Of a stretch of 64,000 nucleotides of DNA, positions 1-12,264 are shown piece after piece (the first letter of the stretch is position 1; each line of letters starts with the position of its first letter). The stretch comes from Botryllus schlosseri (taxonomy: Eukaryota). Made by a program: the position numbers and the translations under genes. The notes below the pieces were generated by a model, which was given only the letters and a program-made list of their open reading frames with translations, made no database searches and was not told the DNA's origin. The stretch covers positions 9,858,001 through 9,922,000 of the forward strand of contig CM119381.1 in the NCBI GenBank assembly GCA_051294905.1, written 5' to 3'.

Positions 1-210
1 ATCAGTTCTTTTGTCTGAATAAAATACATGTTGAAGTATAAAAGCAAGTGAAGTTAAGTAATGCCTTTAATTTCCGGAAATAAAACTGCACAGTATGGCA
101 TTTTTACGGTCCCCCATATTTTTATTGACGTTTACTAATCGCGCAAAGTGTTTACACCGTATCATATACAACTTCTCCGTATTGCTCTTCGACTAAACTA
201 CGGACCTTAT
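1..210 (+). repeat. Dispersed repeat, second copy at about 62570-62770
   Basis: Shared blocks TATAAAAGCAAGTG..GTAATGC..CGGAAATAAA and GCAAAGTG.TTACACCGTATC..CAACTT..CCGTATTGCTCTTCGACT. Confidence 0.7.
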
Positions 211-448
211 AATATGGGGGATGGCGACATACCATGCTATTTTCTAAAACGTGCTGTTCGAGAAAACAGAGGATAAGTATCGCATTTCCATAATGATACT
301 ATCATTTCATCCTATGATGTGGACGAATGCTTATGCTATCGAAAATTGGATTACTGCTAGTATGCATCAATATGAATAAAGCTCGTCACCTTTCGCATAA
401 CTCAATTTGCACCTTTTTACAATCCATGTGAACGAATTAGGATCGTTT

Positions 449-620
449 TCACAACTACTTACTTACTTGAGTACTTTTAAAGTCAGTAAATTCTACTTCT
501 ACTTCAAGTAGTTTTAGGTTGCTTATGGAAGAAGTACTTCTACTCGTACTTGAGTAGATTTATTCGTCGCTACTTCCACTTCTACTTGAGTAGCTTTTTT
601 GACTACTTTGACCACCTCTG
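449..620. repeat. Right half of the CTACTT MITE family
   Basis: CTACTT arrays ending TTGACCACCTCTG at 620; start approximate. Confidence 0.65.
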
Positions 621-2237
621 GTACCACCGATTACTGTTATTACCAACGATACAGATCATGCGCGGTCAACCAGTGGCTTGCAGACTCAATGTGACACACG
701 AGAAGGTTTTGTGTTCCCTGCAAGGTAATTCTCGAATTTATTTATAACATCAGGTAAAATTGCAAAGCCAACCAAAATTTGATTAGCCTGACCGATGATG
801 ACAAAAACATCCGTTCTGACGCATTGGTGTAACCAGTGACCAGCCACATTGATCGCAGATCTTCTTATATGACCATAAAGTAGAATATTTCGTAGCAGAT
901 TTATTTGACTTGAAATTTTTCTCAGCACTTCGCGTGATTTATTGTCACTAGATTTCTTGCATTCAGTATTGGAGCCCCCCTTGAAAATTATAAATGCGCG
1001 TTATTTACGGAATTGAGCCAAACTATTTTCCCAATTATAGGAGATAACGTGTCGTCCAACATGCGTCTTCGCTTGTGCGCTCGCAGCGAGATCGTCGGCG
1101 ATAAAACATTTGCACAAAATGATAGAGGCATGTTCACCGAAACAGTCGATATTGCTATGTCTAGACGCCGAATAATCCTGTCCTTGCCAGATGAGCACAA
1201 TGGTGTACAGATGCGACCCCCAATATATGTAAGTAACATATTTATTGATATAATTCATTCTTAACCTTTGATAAAATTTCGCGCTTCGCGCGACCAGGTC
1301 GTGACTGCACAGTGCACACTGCTCATTTGCTTGACTTAATTGTTATCAATTTTAAAGCGTAGTAATATAGATCTTGTTTGCAATGATACCTAATTTGGTT
1401 CGCTCCTATCGGACGAATAACAAAAAGGTTATCAACATTCCAGTTGCCTGCACAATGGTTCGTAAATCTCATGTGTCCCTTTGGCCGAAAAGGTGGACCA
1501 CCCCTGATATACATAAAATTGGACGTTATTTGCCAAATTACAATCCAGTTGCATAGATGAAGAAAATCGCAATATGCATCTTCGTGATGCAGTCACAAAT
1601 TGATGCAATTTTTGGAATTACACCATGATCCTGTGACGGAGCAACTAATAATCGCGGATTTCGTAGTTTGAAAATTTTGAGTTTACCCAAGAATGCAAAA
1701 AAAAAAATTTGCGCAACATTTTCATGGGGTTGACAGGAAAATTTGAAAAAAAAATTACGTTTTTGAGTAAACTCAAAATTTTCAAACTCGAAATCCGCGA
1801 TTATTGGTTGAAATGAATTCAAATTTGGTGTGCGTCGTTTTTAAGGCAACCTAACGATTTAATCACGTAGCCAGCAAGATTGAGGAAAAAAAGTTTCTTT
1901 TTTAACAGCCCTTGAACACTTATGTCGTTCTCAGTTATTCCATCAATATTAACATGACCTGATGCGAATACTTTGTTTGTTAAAAAAAACAGTTGGTCAA
2001 GCCTAAAAATTGTACTTTTGCACAATGGAAATATATTTTCTCCTATGTACCAATTGGTCATTCTATCAAGATGAAATAGGAGTATGAAGCTATCAAGTTT
2101 GTCCCTGGAAAGCTTAAATAAAATACTGATATGCGTCTCATCTCTTTTCACTTGTAAATGGATTTTCCGTAAAGCCAAAAAAGTGCGTATACCTAGTATC
2201 CATATCAAACGAGATACTTAAATCTGGAATCTTTGAC

Positions 2238-2490
2238 AGATCAATCAGTTATTTATTAATATTTTCATCATTTCAAAACATCACAAGACTGCGACATCTT
2301 GAAAAGATACGAAGGTGTCGAAACAACTTGGAGTAGCCCTTAAGATCATACACCAACCTTAGCCTAGGGCCTAGGCGAAGTAAAGAAGAGACATGCACAC
2401 TGAATGAAAAGTAATGCAGAAAATATAAGACGCAAGCGACAAAATGAGGTGGCATGTGGTGGAGGGCGAGGTCGAGGTCAAGAACCAATT
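2238..2490 (-). mobile_element. LINE 3' UTR fragment, same subfamily as 9290-10891
   Basis: Reverse complement matches about 9420-9525 plus 10758-10891. A decayed copy lies near 50140-50230. Confidence 0.8.
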
Positions 2491-2836
2491 TTGTTTAAGA
2501 TAAGTTATTAATATTGTATTCCAACTGATCATTTTGAATTTAAAATAGGTGGTTGACACAATTGACATAAAACTGATTCAATTAATGCAACGTTATCTTA
2601 GTATTTAGGTAAATACTGATATACATGATTGAAGTTTATTTATGTACAGGATATCCGTGAAAGTCTCCAATTATGATAAATCTAATACCCCGAAATATAA
2701 GTATGTTGATGTATTTTGATTTAAAACAGTCTTCGGCGTGTCAAAATAACAAGTAGATTGAATTTCTGAACCTTATAGTACGATTGAGCTGATTTTTTAT
2801 CCAGCCAATACAGCGAAAATATGAGATTTATTGTAA

Positions 2837-3053
2837 AAAGGGCCACGGTTTCAAAAAGATCAACATCGAAAAGAATTGTGAAATCGGGCACTCTAGGCCG
2901 AGATGGATGTTAGAATAAAAGGATCGCTACCGATGCGTGTCGTTCGACATCCTCCTATCTGTTCATGACATAGCATTGTGTCTTATCGCATTGTACATTG
3001 TGTGTGACTTGTTCAGATGAAAAATATAACCCAAGGATGTTATGTTATGTTAC
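2837..3053 (+). repeat. LINE/SINE 3'-end family B
   Basis: About 215-bp unit ending in a (TGTTA)n tail; copies at about 8790-9010 (+), 11962-12166 (+), 39437-39600 (-). Confidence 0.8.
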
Positions 3054-4742
3054 GTCCGGTTGAATCGGCAATCAACAACAACCAATGGGAATAGCATAAG
3101 GCCATGAAAATAAGACAACTAGATATTTATGATATGTGGTCTTCTATCATTCCCGCAGTAAGCTATAAGCATTGTGCCATATGTTAATTATTAAACGGAT
3201 TCACCAAAACGAGACAATGAAATGGCGAATTGTGAAATGAACGTCATATATCAACTGCAGAGTTTCGTCAGCAGCTACTAGAACACTTGCAAGTTGTATA
3301 GCAGCTCATCAGTGATCGAGGTGTTGCAGGTGCAGCAGCTGTGTTATTCGTGCCAAAGAATACTTACGGAGAGAGTTACAATAGCTTTCGAATATATTAT
3401 CGTATTTCCGTGTTATGACATTATGATGTGGACGAAATCTCATCATATTAGAGTTGAGCAACGCATAATGAATTCGACTATTACCATATCCGGGCTCACC
3501 CTTGTAATTTAGATTTCCCTACATCCGATCTTCACATAAGCCAGCATGTGCTAATTTTTAACTCAACTGCCAATTCTTTGCGGTGTCAGTTTAGCCGCCT
3601 TGACTGCCGAGCGAATTCGGACGGAAACGACTGTACATTTTCCCCGCCACTCGATCGTTATAGCTCGCCAATGGATAATTGGGAACTAGCTGGTATTATT
3701 AGGGCGATTATTTTTTACCTAAAATTGGATATTTTGACATTTATAACGTAAAGAAATGAATCTTGACTAAATTGTGACCTCGAGTGTTTGAATTACGCAT
3801 CGTTGCACAAAATGTTAGAATTATGGTTAGAACTGTCCGTCATTGAACAAGTATGCTAATTGGCAAGAATGAAAGCGGCAGTTGTTGACTGGCGAGGATA
3901 TTGTTTGTGGTGTTCGTGGTGTTTTGTTGGTAATTTACACCATGGCGTGATGGCGAATAGCAGAGTATAGTGTAGATTTGACACGATCGATTATTCGAAG
4001 GGAACCCTTTCCAAATTGCAGTGTGCATCTTCGCGACTAAGCAAAATGGTTAACGAGTAATAATACAGGTGCCACATCGAAGGTATATACAGTATTCACG
4101 ATTCAAAATAGAGGGGCTCTTTCTGTCATATTGGGATACCGGCATAACTCAAAACTACGTTCTACTTGACAAGATCCAAAGTGTAAAAAGTCGGCATAAC
4201 AACTTGAGTAAGTAGTACAGGTAAGCAACACCTACTTGGGTACTCACACAAAGCAAAAGCAGTTCTTTACTGTAAGGATTTTTTGGCTTTATTTTCGTCT
4301 ACATCATCCAGATGCTTTGCCGATGTACAGGTGCGCGGTGACCGTTTTATAGATTTCTACCAATGAATATTACATTATTCGTATATGCGTTTGCTGTATT
4401 TATCTTTATTTTCACACTCCAAAGTTTGTAACTATTATTTATAGTATAGCAATCTACTCCAACGTGCGCGGTGTACGAGCTAACCAACGTAATACTCGTT
4501 TTTATATCGAATATATAGCGCCGCATCAGTGTTATCATGAAGATAATTCATTTATTGATGATCTGAAATTCTAATAAGTTCCATTACGTTATCCATAAAC
4601 GATACACACTGAAGCAATTGGTGTAAAAAGCAGGATATTTCATCTAATGTCAACAATGCAGGGATAATGCTCATAACTTACGAGTAATCTAAATATTCAT
4701 CGCGGAGCTTTCAATTAATGTAACAGTGACGTCACAATTACA

Positions 4743-6002
4743 ATGCCCGGTCAGTTCTTGTTATCAGCATTTGCGCATTCCATCCGGCGTAGTGCAACAA
4801 TAAGGCTGCCTCACTATCTTCGAAGACGGTTTAAACATACCGGTGGACTTTCATTCGAACTATCAAACGAGCAGAAAGAAATACAGGACGCCGTGAAAAA
4901 GTTAGTAGCCGAAGAGGTTATTCCAAAAGCGCCAGAGCTTGACAGAACCGGCGAGTACCCATGGGAAATCTTGCGTCAATTCCATGATCTTGGATTCTTG
5001 AACCTTCAAATTCCCAACGAATACGGCGGAGCAGGTCAGGGACTTCTCGTAAATAGCATAGTAACGGAACAGGTTGGATACGGGTGTACCGGCGTTCACA
5101 ACGCAGCAGATGCGAATGGACTAGGTCAAACTCCTCTTTTAGTGGCCGGAAATCATGACCAGAAAAAGAAATATCTTGGAAGAATGACGGAACAGCTGTT
5201 AATGTGCGCGTACGCTGTGACAGAACCTGGTACAGGGTCTGATGTTGCAGCGATCGCAACGAAAGCTGATAAAAAGGGCGGCAGCTTCGTAATGAATGGA
5301 CAGAAGATGTGGATTACAAACGGCGGAGTGGCGAACTGGTACTTCGTCCTCGCTAAAACGAACTCAGAAAAATCAGTATCTCCGTATAAATCTTTGTCCG
5401 GCTTCATCGTCGACGCAGACGCGCCAGGAGTGACTCCAGGCAAAAAAGAAGATAATATGGGACAGCGGTGCTCAAACACAGCTGGGATATCATTCGAGGA
5501 CGTTGTAATTCCCAAAGACAATTTACTGGGAAAGGAGGGGGATGGATTTAATATAGCAATGTCGGTATTCGATAAAGTGAGACCTGTTGTCGCCGCAGCG
5601 GCCACTGGCTTGGCACAAAGAGCACTTGATGAAGCCACAAAATATGCAATGGAACGGCGAACGATGGGGAAATTGATCGGGGAACATCAAGCCGTCGCCT
5701 TCATGCTGGCTGAAATGGCAATTCAGGTCGAGTTAGCACGTATGTCGACGTATAAGTCGGCATGGATGATTGATCGCAATCTTAAAAGCACACTACATTC
5801 ATCCATAGCAAAAGCCTTTTCATCGGATGCCGTGAATAAATGTACTACTGACGCTGTTCAGATTTTCGGAGGTGCTGGATATAACAAGGACTACCCCGTA
5901 GAGAAACTTATGCGGGATGCAAAAATATTCCAGATTTACGACGGAACATCGCAAATTCAGCGGCTTATTATTTCCCGCGAACATTTGTCGAGGTATGCGT
6001 AA
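4743..6002 (+). CDS. ACADM: Medium-chain acyl-CoA dehydrogenase-like protein, mitochondrial; intronless; catalytic Glu replaced by Asp
   Basis: 419-aa uninterrupted ORF with Arg-rich presequence and MCAD motifs [69 protein letters not shown] 6271 and AATAAA 6284 follow. Confidence 0.93.
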   Translation: MPGQFLLSAFAHSIRRSATIRLPHYLRRRFKHTGGLSFELSNEQKEIQDAVKKLVAEEVIPKAPELDRTGEYPWEILRQFHDLGFLNLQIPNEYGGAGQGLLVNSIVTEQVGYGCTGVHNAADANGLGQTPLLVAGNHDQKKKYLGRMTEQLLMCAYAVTEPGTGSDVAAIATKADKKGGSFVMNGQKMWITNGGVANWYFVLAKTNSEKSVSPYKSLSGFIVDADAPGVTPGKKEDNMGQRCSNTAGISFEDVVIPKDNLLGKEGDGFNIAMSVFDKVRPVVAAAATGLAQRALDEATKYAMERRTMGKLIGEHQAVAFMLAEMAIQVELARMSTYKSAWMIDRNLKSTLHSSIAKAFSSDAVNKCTTDAVQIFGGAGYNKDYPVEKLMRDAKIFQIYDGTSQIQRLIISREHLSRYA

Positions 6003-6654
6003 CAGAAATTTGCGAAATATGTGGGCGTATTTTTTAGCTATATATTGTCTTTATATAGATCTACCTATAGTTCCCGCCATTTTAGAAGCCAATTCTCTCT
6101 ATCCTATGCATATTTCAGAGTTATTTTTCTGAGGCTCTGAGTAGCTCTTAGGCTAATTATATATTTCTTCGATTAGGTCATGTGTGTTATCATATACATT
6201 CTCCAGATTGTGCGCGTTATTTGCGAAATTCCACTGCATTTTGTCTCGTTTTCTATAGCACAGACTTATTATTAAATGCCTCCAATAAAAACTGGTACAT
6301 CAATTGATGGGAGGTTTTCTATAGTTATCCACGCACAGTGTTCCATTATTCGCTAAGGCGACAACACTGAAAAAATCGTAAATTTACGAATTTACGAACA
6401 GTTAATGTGACAATATTTGTAATAGTGGACAACCAAGGTCGACTCCAGTTACTGAGTTCCTATACCTAAGTATTGGAAGTTTATCTATAGGCTGCTCCTC
6501 ATCACCTATGATCCGCGTAAGCGCGGTGTCTTAAAAGACCTAGAGGGGGAGATACGGAATCATAATAAAGAAATGGCCTGGTGCAAATGACCAATGTAGT
6601 AGAAAAACCATGCATACCAAAACAATAACAAATAATCTTACGCAAGATGGTAAC

Positions 6655-7689
6655 TAGGGATAGCCCGAACCCCTAAAAGGTTCAGGTTCGGGTGAACGCG
6701 AACCTTTTTGAAAGGTTCAATGTGAAGTGTGAACGCAAACGTGAACCTATGACGTCACGTGACGTCATATTGCCAATTCCACCCCTACACTACAGTGAAG
6801 TGATATAATAATGTGCTGTGCACGATACCAAACGACGACTCAGGCCACAGTACGCCACAATGATGCCGAAGTACATGCTGACTTTTTAAACGTCATCAAT
6901 TGTATCAACTGGAGCAATCAAATGCTATATCAATCCTATAAAATCAATATCTTCCGTCGCTTTGCCAACAATTTTGACGAGGCGTTGCAAGGGAATATAA
7001 GCTTACGCCTTAATGGTCTAGGCCAGACCGGACATTGTATTCGGCGTCTGACTATTACTGCTACATTGATATTGAGCAGACGAGTGTAAAAAGGCTTTCT
7101 ATGCTTGCAACCGATATTACCCCATAAACAAAGGTAGCCAACGCCCCAATTGCACGAATTTGGTTTTCATGATACAACAAACATATCAAATCAAGATAGA
7201 TCCCGTTAGCCTTCTAGATTTTTTACATGAGACAAAAATGTATTCATCGCATATCAATTTCATTGATTGGTTAAACAGGCATCATTCTGACTATACCTAC
7301 AAGAAGTGCATTTCGTTATTGAAGTTGTGTGATTGCGGGTGAAGCTCACAGCATAGAGTCACTAAATATTCACAAACGGAAAGATGAATATTTTGAGCAA
7401 ACATGTGTAAGTATAAAAATTTTGAGATTGGCTAGGCGCATGCTCGTTTAGTGTCATTTAGTTATTTTATGGTGCCAGCGCCATGCATAGAGTGCATGGT
7501 CCGAAGTTGAAATGCAAAGAATTTCAACAAAATATGTAGTATAATGACGCGGAAAATTGTAATATATGAAAAAGGTTCACAGTGCAGAACCTACCAAGGC
7601 TCGTTTGTGAACGTGAACCTTTTTCATATATTACAAATTTCCGCGTCAATAAACTACATCTTTCTTACCTCAAGTTCACACCAGCCCTA
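6655..7689. mobile_element. Non-autonomous hAT (Ac-like TAGGGAT termini) MITE
   Basis: Left TAGGGATAGCCCGAACC, right GTTCACACCAGCCCTA; subterminal GTGAACC/GGTTCA repeats; second copy at 63473. TSD not cleanly resolved. Confidence 0.7.
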
Positions 7690-7700
7690 GTAACTATAAC

Positions 7701-8148
7701 TAGAGCCCGACCGATATTGGATTTTTAGGCCGATACCAATAAAACCGATATCTAACACCTTCACCGATAACACCGATATATTCAGCCGATATTTAAATAA
7801 GGTGGAATCTACCTCAAAAGGAGCATTTTCAAACTTCAGAGCATTTATTTCAATAGATTTACAGCCATTGCCGTATACCTGAATGTGAAACAAACAAGAA
7901 AAGCTGCATCTGCACAGTGTGCATCTGCAGTGCACACCTTGAAAGAGTAAGATATACGAAATATAGCAATATATTCTTAGTCTAGCGGTCAAGAATTATA
8001 GTTTTCTGACTTGATACTATCATGTTGTGGCGTCACGAAAATTGCCGATATTTTTTCACCTCCAAGGGCCGATACCGATAATTCTTTTAATGACTAGGCC
8101 TAATATTGACTCGATATTATCAGTGAACCGATAATCGGTCAGGCTCTA
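7701..8148. mobile_element. hAT MITE with TAGAGCCCGACCGAT termini
   Basis: Left TAGAGCCCGACCGAT, right ATCGGTCAGGCTCTA; TSD ACTATAAC/ACTATGAC (7/8); many CCGATA subterminal repeats. Confidence 0.85.
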
Positions 8149-8789
8149 ACTATGACCGCACCTCAAATGCAACAATGTCAGGTGACCTAAGCTCGAAAGG
8201 GGCAAAAAGGATTTCTTAAATAAACATAAAATTGATATATTTTGGGGCAGATTTATTCAACTCGTCGTAATATGTTTTCTTCGCACTTTATGCGATTTAT
8301 AGTGTCACTGAGATCTCTTGATATTATTATGGGGACCCGCGTCCAAAAGTATTTTTTAAATATTACAAATAATTAAAAATATACATTCCCAGAAATGAGT
8401 TTAATTGCATTCGCAATTGTTGCTGGTTGCTGCTGTTGTATATTTACAAAATCGGTGCTTATCGCCTGTTGGTCTTTTGCAACACGATAAAACGATGCGT
8501 AGCCTACAAGGAAATGAACCAGCTGGGTCAGTAAATCTTATACGAATGTGAGATATATGGAAACGAGCTTTCGGGAATGAACATGTTCAATTGTCAATGT
8601 AAAATTATAGGCCCTAAATTTCCGAAATCATGAATTCCATCAGTTCCACTGGCAAATCTGATCACGTGGGTTTACAGGAGATGAAATAATAATAGTCATC
8701 ATAATCTAGGCAAAATTAACCCTCACAATATTATTGACAGTGTAATCCCACGAAAGAAAGCACTCAAAAGGAATGGAAAGAACTAGTAG

Positions 8790-9010
8790 AAAGGGCCGCG
8801 GCTTAGAAAAGATCAACATCGAAAAGAACTGTGACATCGGGCACTCTAGGCCGAGGTGGATGTTAGAGTTAAAGTAAAGAATCGCTATTGATGCGTGTCG
8901 TTCGACATCCTCCTATCTGTTCATGACATCGCATTGTGTCTTATCGCATTGTACATTAATTGTGTGTGACTTGTTCAGATGAAAAATATAACCCAACGAT
9001 ATTATCTTAT
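8790..9010 (+). repeat. LINE/SINE 3'-end family B copy
   Basis: Highly similar to 2837-3053. Confidence 0.8.
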
Positions 9011-9289
9011 ATATCCGCAAATAAAACACTCTTTCCTCAATGAAATCGACGATCATACGACGAGTGAAAATCTTTCACGCGGGTTAAATAAAGGAGAATA
9101 TGTTTCTCGGCATACTTGGTGAAGAGCAAATTTTTAACAGAGATGCGATTATAGGTGATTCTTGATGAGTTTCCGACCGTGATTCCGACTATAAGCACAC
9201 ATCACGATTTCGAGATATTTGCATATTCACAGTTATGCTGTTATCTACTTCGGGCGAAAATTGCGCTGTAATTTAATTAATTTGTAATT

Positions 9290-10891
9290 TATTGTGGAAC
9301 AGCATCTCGACGGCTATCCGACAGTCGTTGAGCATGTCCGCATTCAAGTCGAAATACAAGCAATTTCTTCTAAATCAATACTAGCCAGTCTTCAGGATTA
9401 CCGAACCACGACCTAACATCGACCTCGCCCTCCGCCACATGCCACCTCATTTTGTCGCTTGCGTCTTATAGTCTCTGCATTACTTTTCATTCAGTGTGCA
9501 TGCCTCTTATTTACTTCGCCTAGGCCAGAGGTCTCAAACTCAAATGTGCTCGCGGGCCAGTTTTCCAGTTTTGACGACGCCGCGGGCCGCAGCATTATAG
9601 GGGTATTCTATGTATTTCCAAGTAGTTCTTATTTGGCGGGAATTAATTGTCCTATTGAAAGTGAGCCGATCCAAAAGATTGACAGTAAACACACATCGTC
9701 AAAATGTGATTTCCTCTTGTATCAATTTAGGCCTGGCACGAAAAGAACCATCAATTTATTTAGGCCTGGCACGAAAAGAACCATCAATTTATACCTATTT
9801 GAATAGAATTGTTGTTGTACTTGATATATAATAATTATAAGATATAGACACCATATGGGCGGACAAATGTATGATGCCATCATAAAAGCTATCGGGTTAT
9901 AATTTTGCAGCTACTATGAGTATTTTGAATTTAACAGATTGATAATAGAGACTGATCTGATATCAAAACATTTTTAGGTTGAGCATTGTAATTCCAATCC
10001 AGGATTCGGGTATATTTCTGAAAAGTAGGCTATTAATCTCATGGCCAAATATCTTCAAATATAGGAGAAGAAAAAACCTAAATATATTAATGAATGTGTC
10101 CTGATGATTGAAACGCCGAGCGGCCCATTGTTGTTACATCGTTGGAGCGTACCACTACGGTATACTCTGTACCTTTAAGTGGCCTTAATAATATGGTTGA
10201 GCGACCAAAGAAATAACATGGTTTAGCGACCAAAGATGTAACTAACAGATTGCCAATGGTTGCCATAACTACTTACTTAGTTAACGAAAAACCAAGCTGC
10301 GACCTTCTGATCTATTACTATTTCCCTGATACGCGATTAGTTTGTTGCGTCCATGGTTCTAACAAATTCACGGCATTTTGAGCCACTCCGAGTCCACTCG
10401 AGTCATTTTCATTTTGCCATCGAGTTAGCCCGAGTCTGAGTAATTCTAAAAAAGGTAGCGTCCAAGTCCAACTCACAAATTTCAGTCACGAATCGTCTAA
10501 GGGTCAGGTTTTGTCATCATGAATTGGAAATGTGGCGAAATAGTGAATCATCCACTGCATGGTCGCGTTTGCAATTGATGTGATTGTGAAAGTTTGATGA
10601 ATAGTTTCAGGCTTTCGGGGCAATTTATGAGGGAATTTTCACTTTATAACCTGGAAAGATATATGTGACACTCATATATTGTAAAATTCATAAAAATCTA
10701 AAATGTCGTCGCGGGCCGCACTAAATGCTCTGGCGGGCCGCGTGTTTGAGACCTCTGGCCTAGGCTATGGCGGGTGTCTGATCTCAAAGGCTACTCCAAA
10801 GTTGTTTCGACACCTTCCTATCTTTTCATTGTATCGCAGTCTTGAGATGTTTTTGAAACGATGAAAATATTGATAAACCTGATTGATTGAT
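9290..10891 (+). mobile_element. Related LINE 3' end split by the hAT MITE at 9526-10757
   Basis: 9290-9525 and 10758-10891 rejoin into a sequence colinear with 60870-61200; (GATT)n tail. Ends approximate. Confidence 0.8.
9526..10757. mobile_element. Buster/Charlie-type hAT MITE inserted in a LINE 3' UTR
   Basis: Perfect TIR CAGAGGTCTCAAAC / GTTTGAGACCTCTG; exact TSD GCCTAGGC (9518-9525, 10758-10765); GCGGGCCGC subterminal motifs. Confidence 0.92.
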
Positions 10892-11149
10892 CTAACGGTG
10901 CTACAATTCATGAAGCATTTTGTGCATGACTGATAAAATTAGGAAGGCAATTATTATTCCGTTTTGCCGGTATTTTCGCAAAACAAGTGTTGTATTAAGC
11001 AGTTGGGTCTACTTCCAGATTTAGATGGTGCTTCGTCAGTGGTGAATACACGCAGATTATTTTCCTCTCATTGGGTGGGCTGATAGTTATGAAGGTCGTG
11101 CCAGTTGTCAAGTGTAAAGTTTTCATCAGATAATGACATATCGTACTTT

Positions 11150-11377
11150 TTTATTGGGTGTCCGTTTCACCCCACCTAGTGTCCGATTTACCCCATTTTG
11201 GAACATATTTTGAAATAGTAAAATAATTACAAATACTTCGATGCAGCGGCGTTACGCGCGATAGATACTTGCAGCAGTCATGAACATCGCGTGTCACAAG
11301 ATAAATCCACCTAACTCGAACAAATCAGCAACAAAAAACACAATCTTGTTCAAAGGTGTCCGCATTCGACCACCCTA
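11150..11377. mobile_element. One end of a probable pogo-like MITE
   Basis: GTCCGNTTNACCCC subterminal repeats and GGTGTCCGCATTCGACCACCC followed by TA; the other end was not found. Confidence 0.4.
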
Positions 11378-11961
11378 CTATATGTATAATTGTATATTGT
11401 AGTAAGTGGCTCTTAACCTTTTTCAAACTGGCAAACCCTCATGCAAATTTTAGTTGATTCACAAAAACAAAAATCCATCATATTACACATCTAGTACATT
11501 AGTCTACTATAGAATACTGGCGCACACCGACAACCCGACAACAGTTGTTATAACGACGCCATCAAATCATGATTTTAAGATAATAACAAGATATAATCAA
11601 TTTTCACTTCTGCTGTATGATTTTGGTGTGAGTCTTGAGACTTCCGCTTAGAATTGAATATATCGTGGTTTCTATTAGGCGATTACGGTACGCTTTATTC
11701 CTCCAAACTCTCCACCTTATCTTACACCATATCTTGACGCCAAAAACAGGACACGTATAGATATGCGGTTTAAAACAAAAGCAATGTTTTATCGGTAAAT
11801 AGGACGACTTGAAAACTGCTTGGATTTGGTACACAATTGTTCGTTAGTTAGCGTGGTGATGCCGATAAGCAGTAAAGCGTCTGGTGCTAGGGCGGATGCG
11901 ATCCATGCGCGATCCACCATCCGATGAAAGAACAGACTAACAAGGAATGCAAAGAGTAAGA

Positions 11962-12166
11962 AAGAGCCGCGGAATAGAGATTAAAATCGCAAAAGAGCTG
12001 TGACGTCGGACACTAGGTCAGGTCGACGCAACTGGTCGTTTGTTCGTACCAATATATACATTGGTTCGTTCGTATCTGTTCATTACATCGCAATGATCGC
12101 ATTGTGTATTATCGCATTGTATATTATGAGTGTCTTGATCAGATGAAAATATAATCTGACGATTAT
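11962..12166 (+). repeat. Diverged family B copy
   Basis: Shares TATCTGTTCATTACATCGCA...ATCGCATTGTATATT...CAGATGAAAATATAA with the other copies; ends approximate. Confidence 0.65.
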
Positions 12167-12245
12167 TGATACACTTGTATGGTATCATCTTTTAGGAAAA
12201 TTGACAGTGTCGACAAAGGGTTTTTTCGATCTATCTTTAACCCTG

Positions 12246-12264
12246 CTCTCTCTCTCTCTCTCTC
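12246..12264. repeat. (CT)n microsatellite
   Basis: About 9 CT units read directly. Confidence 0.9.

Noticed and set aside
9459-9831. ORFs with a duplicated LFRPGTKRTIN peptide
   Set aside because: Result of a roughly 33-bp tandem duplication inside a MITE spanning a LINE junction; not a gene.
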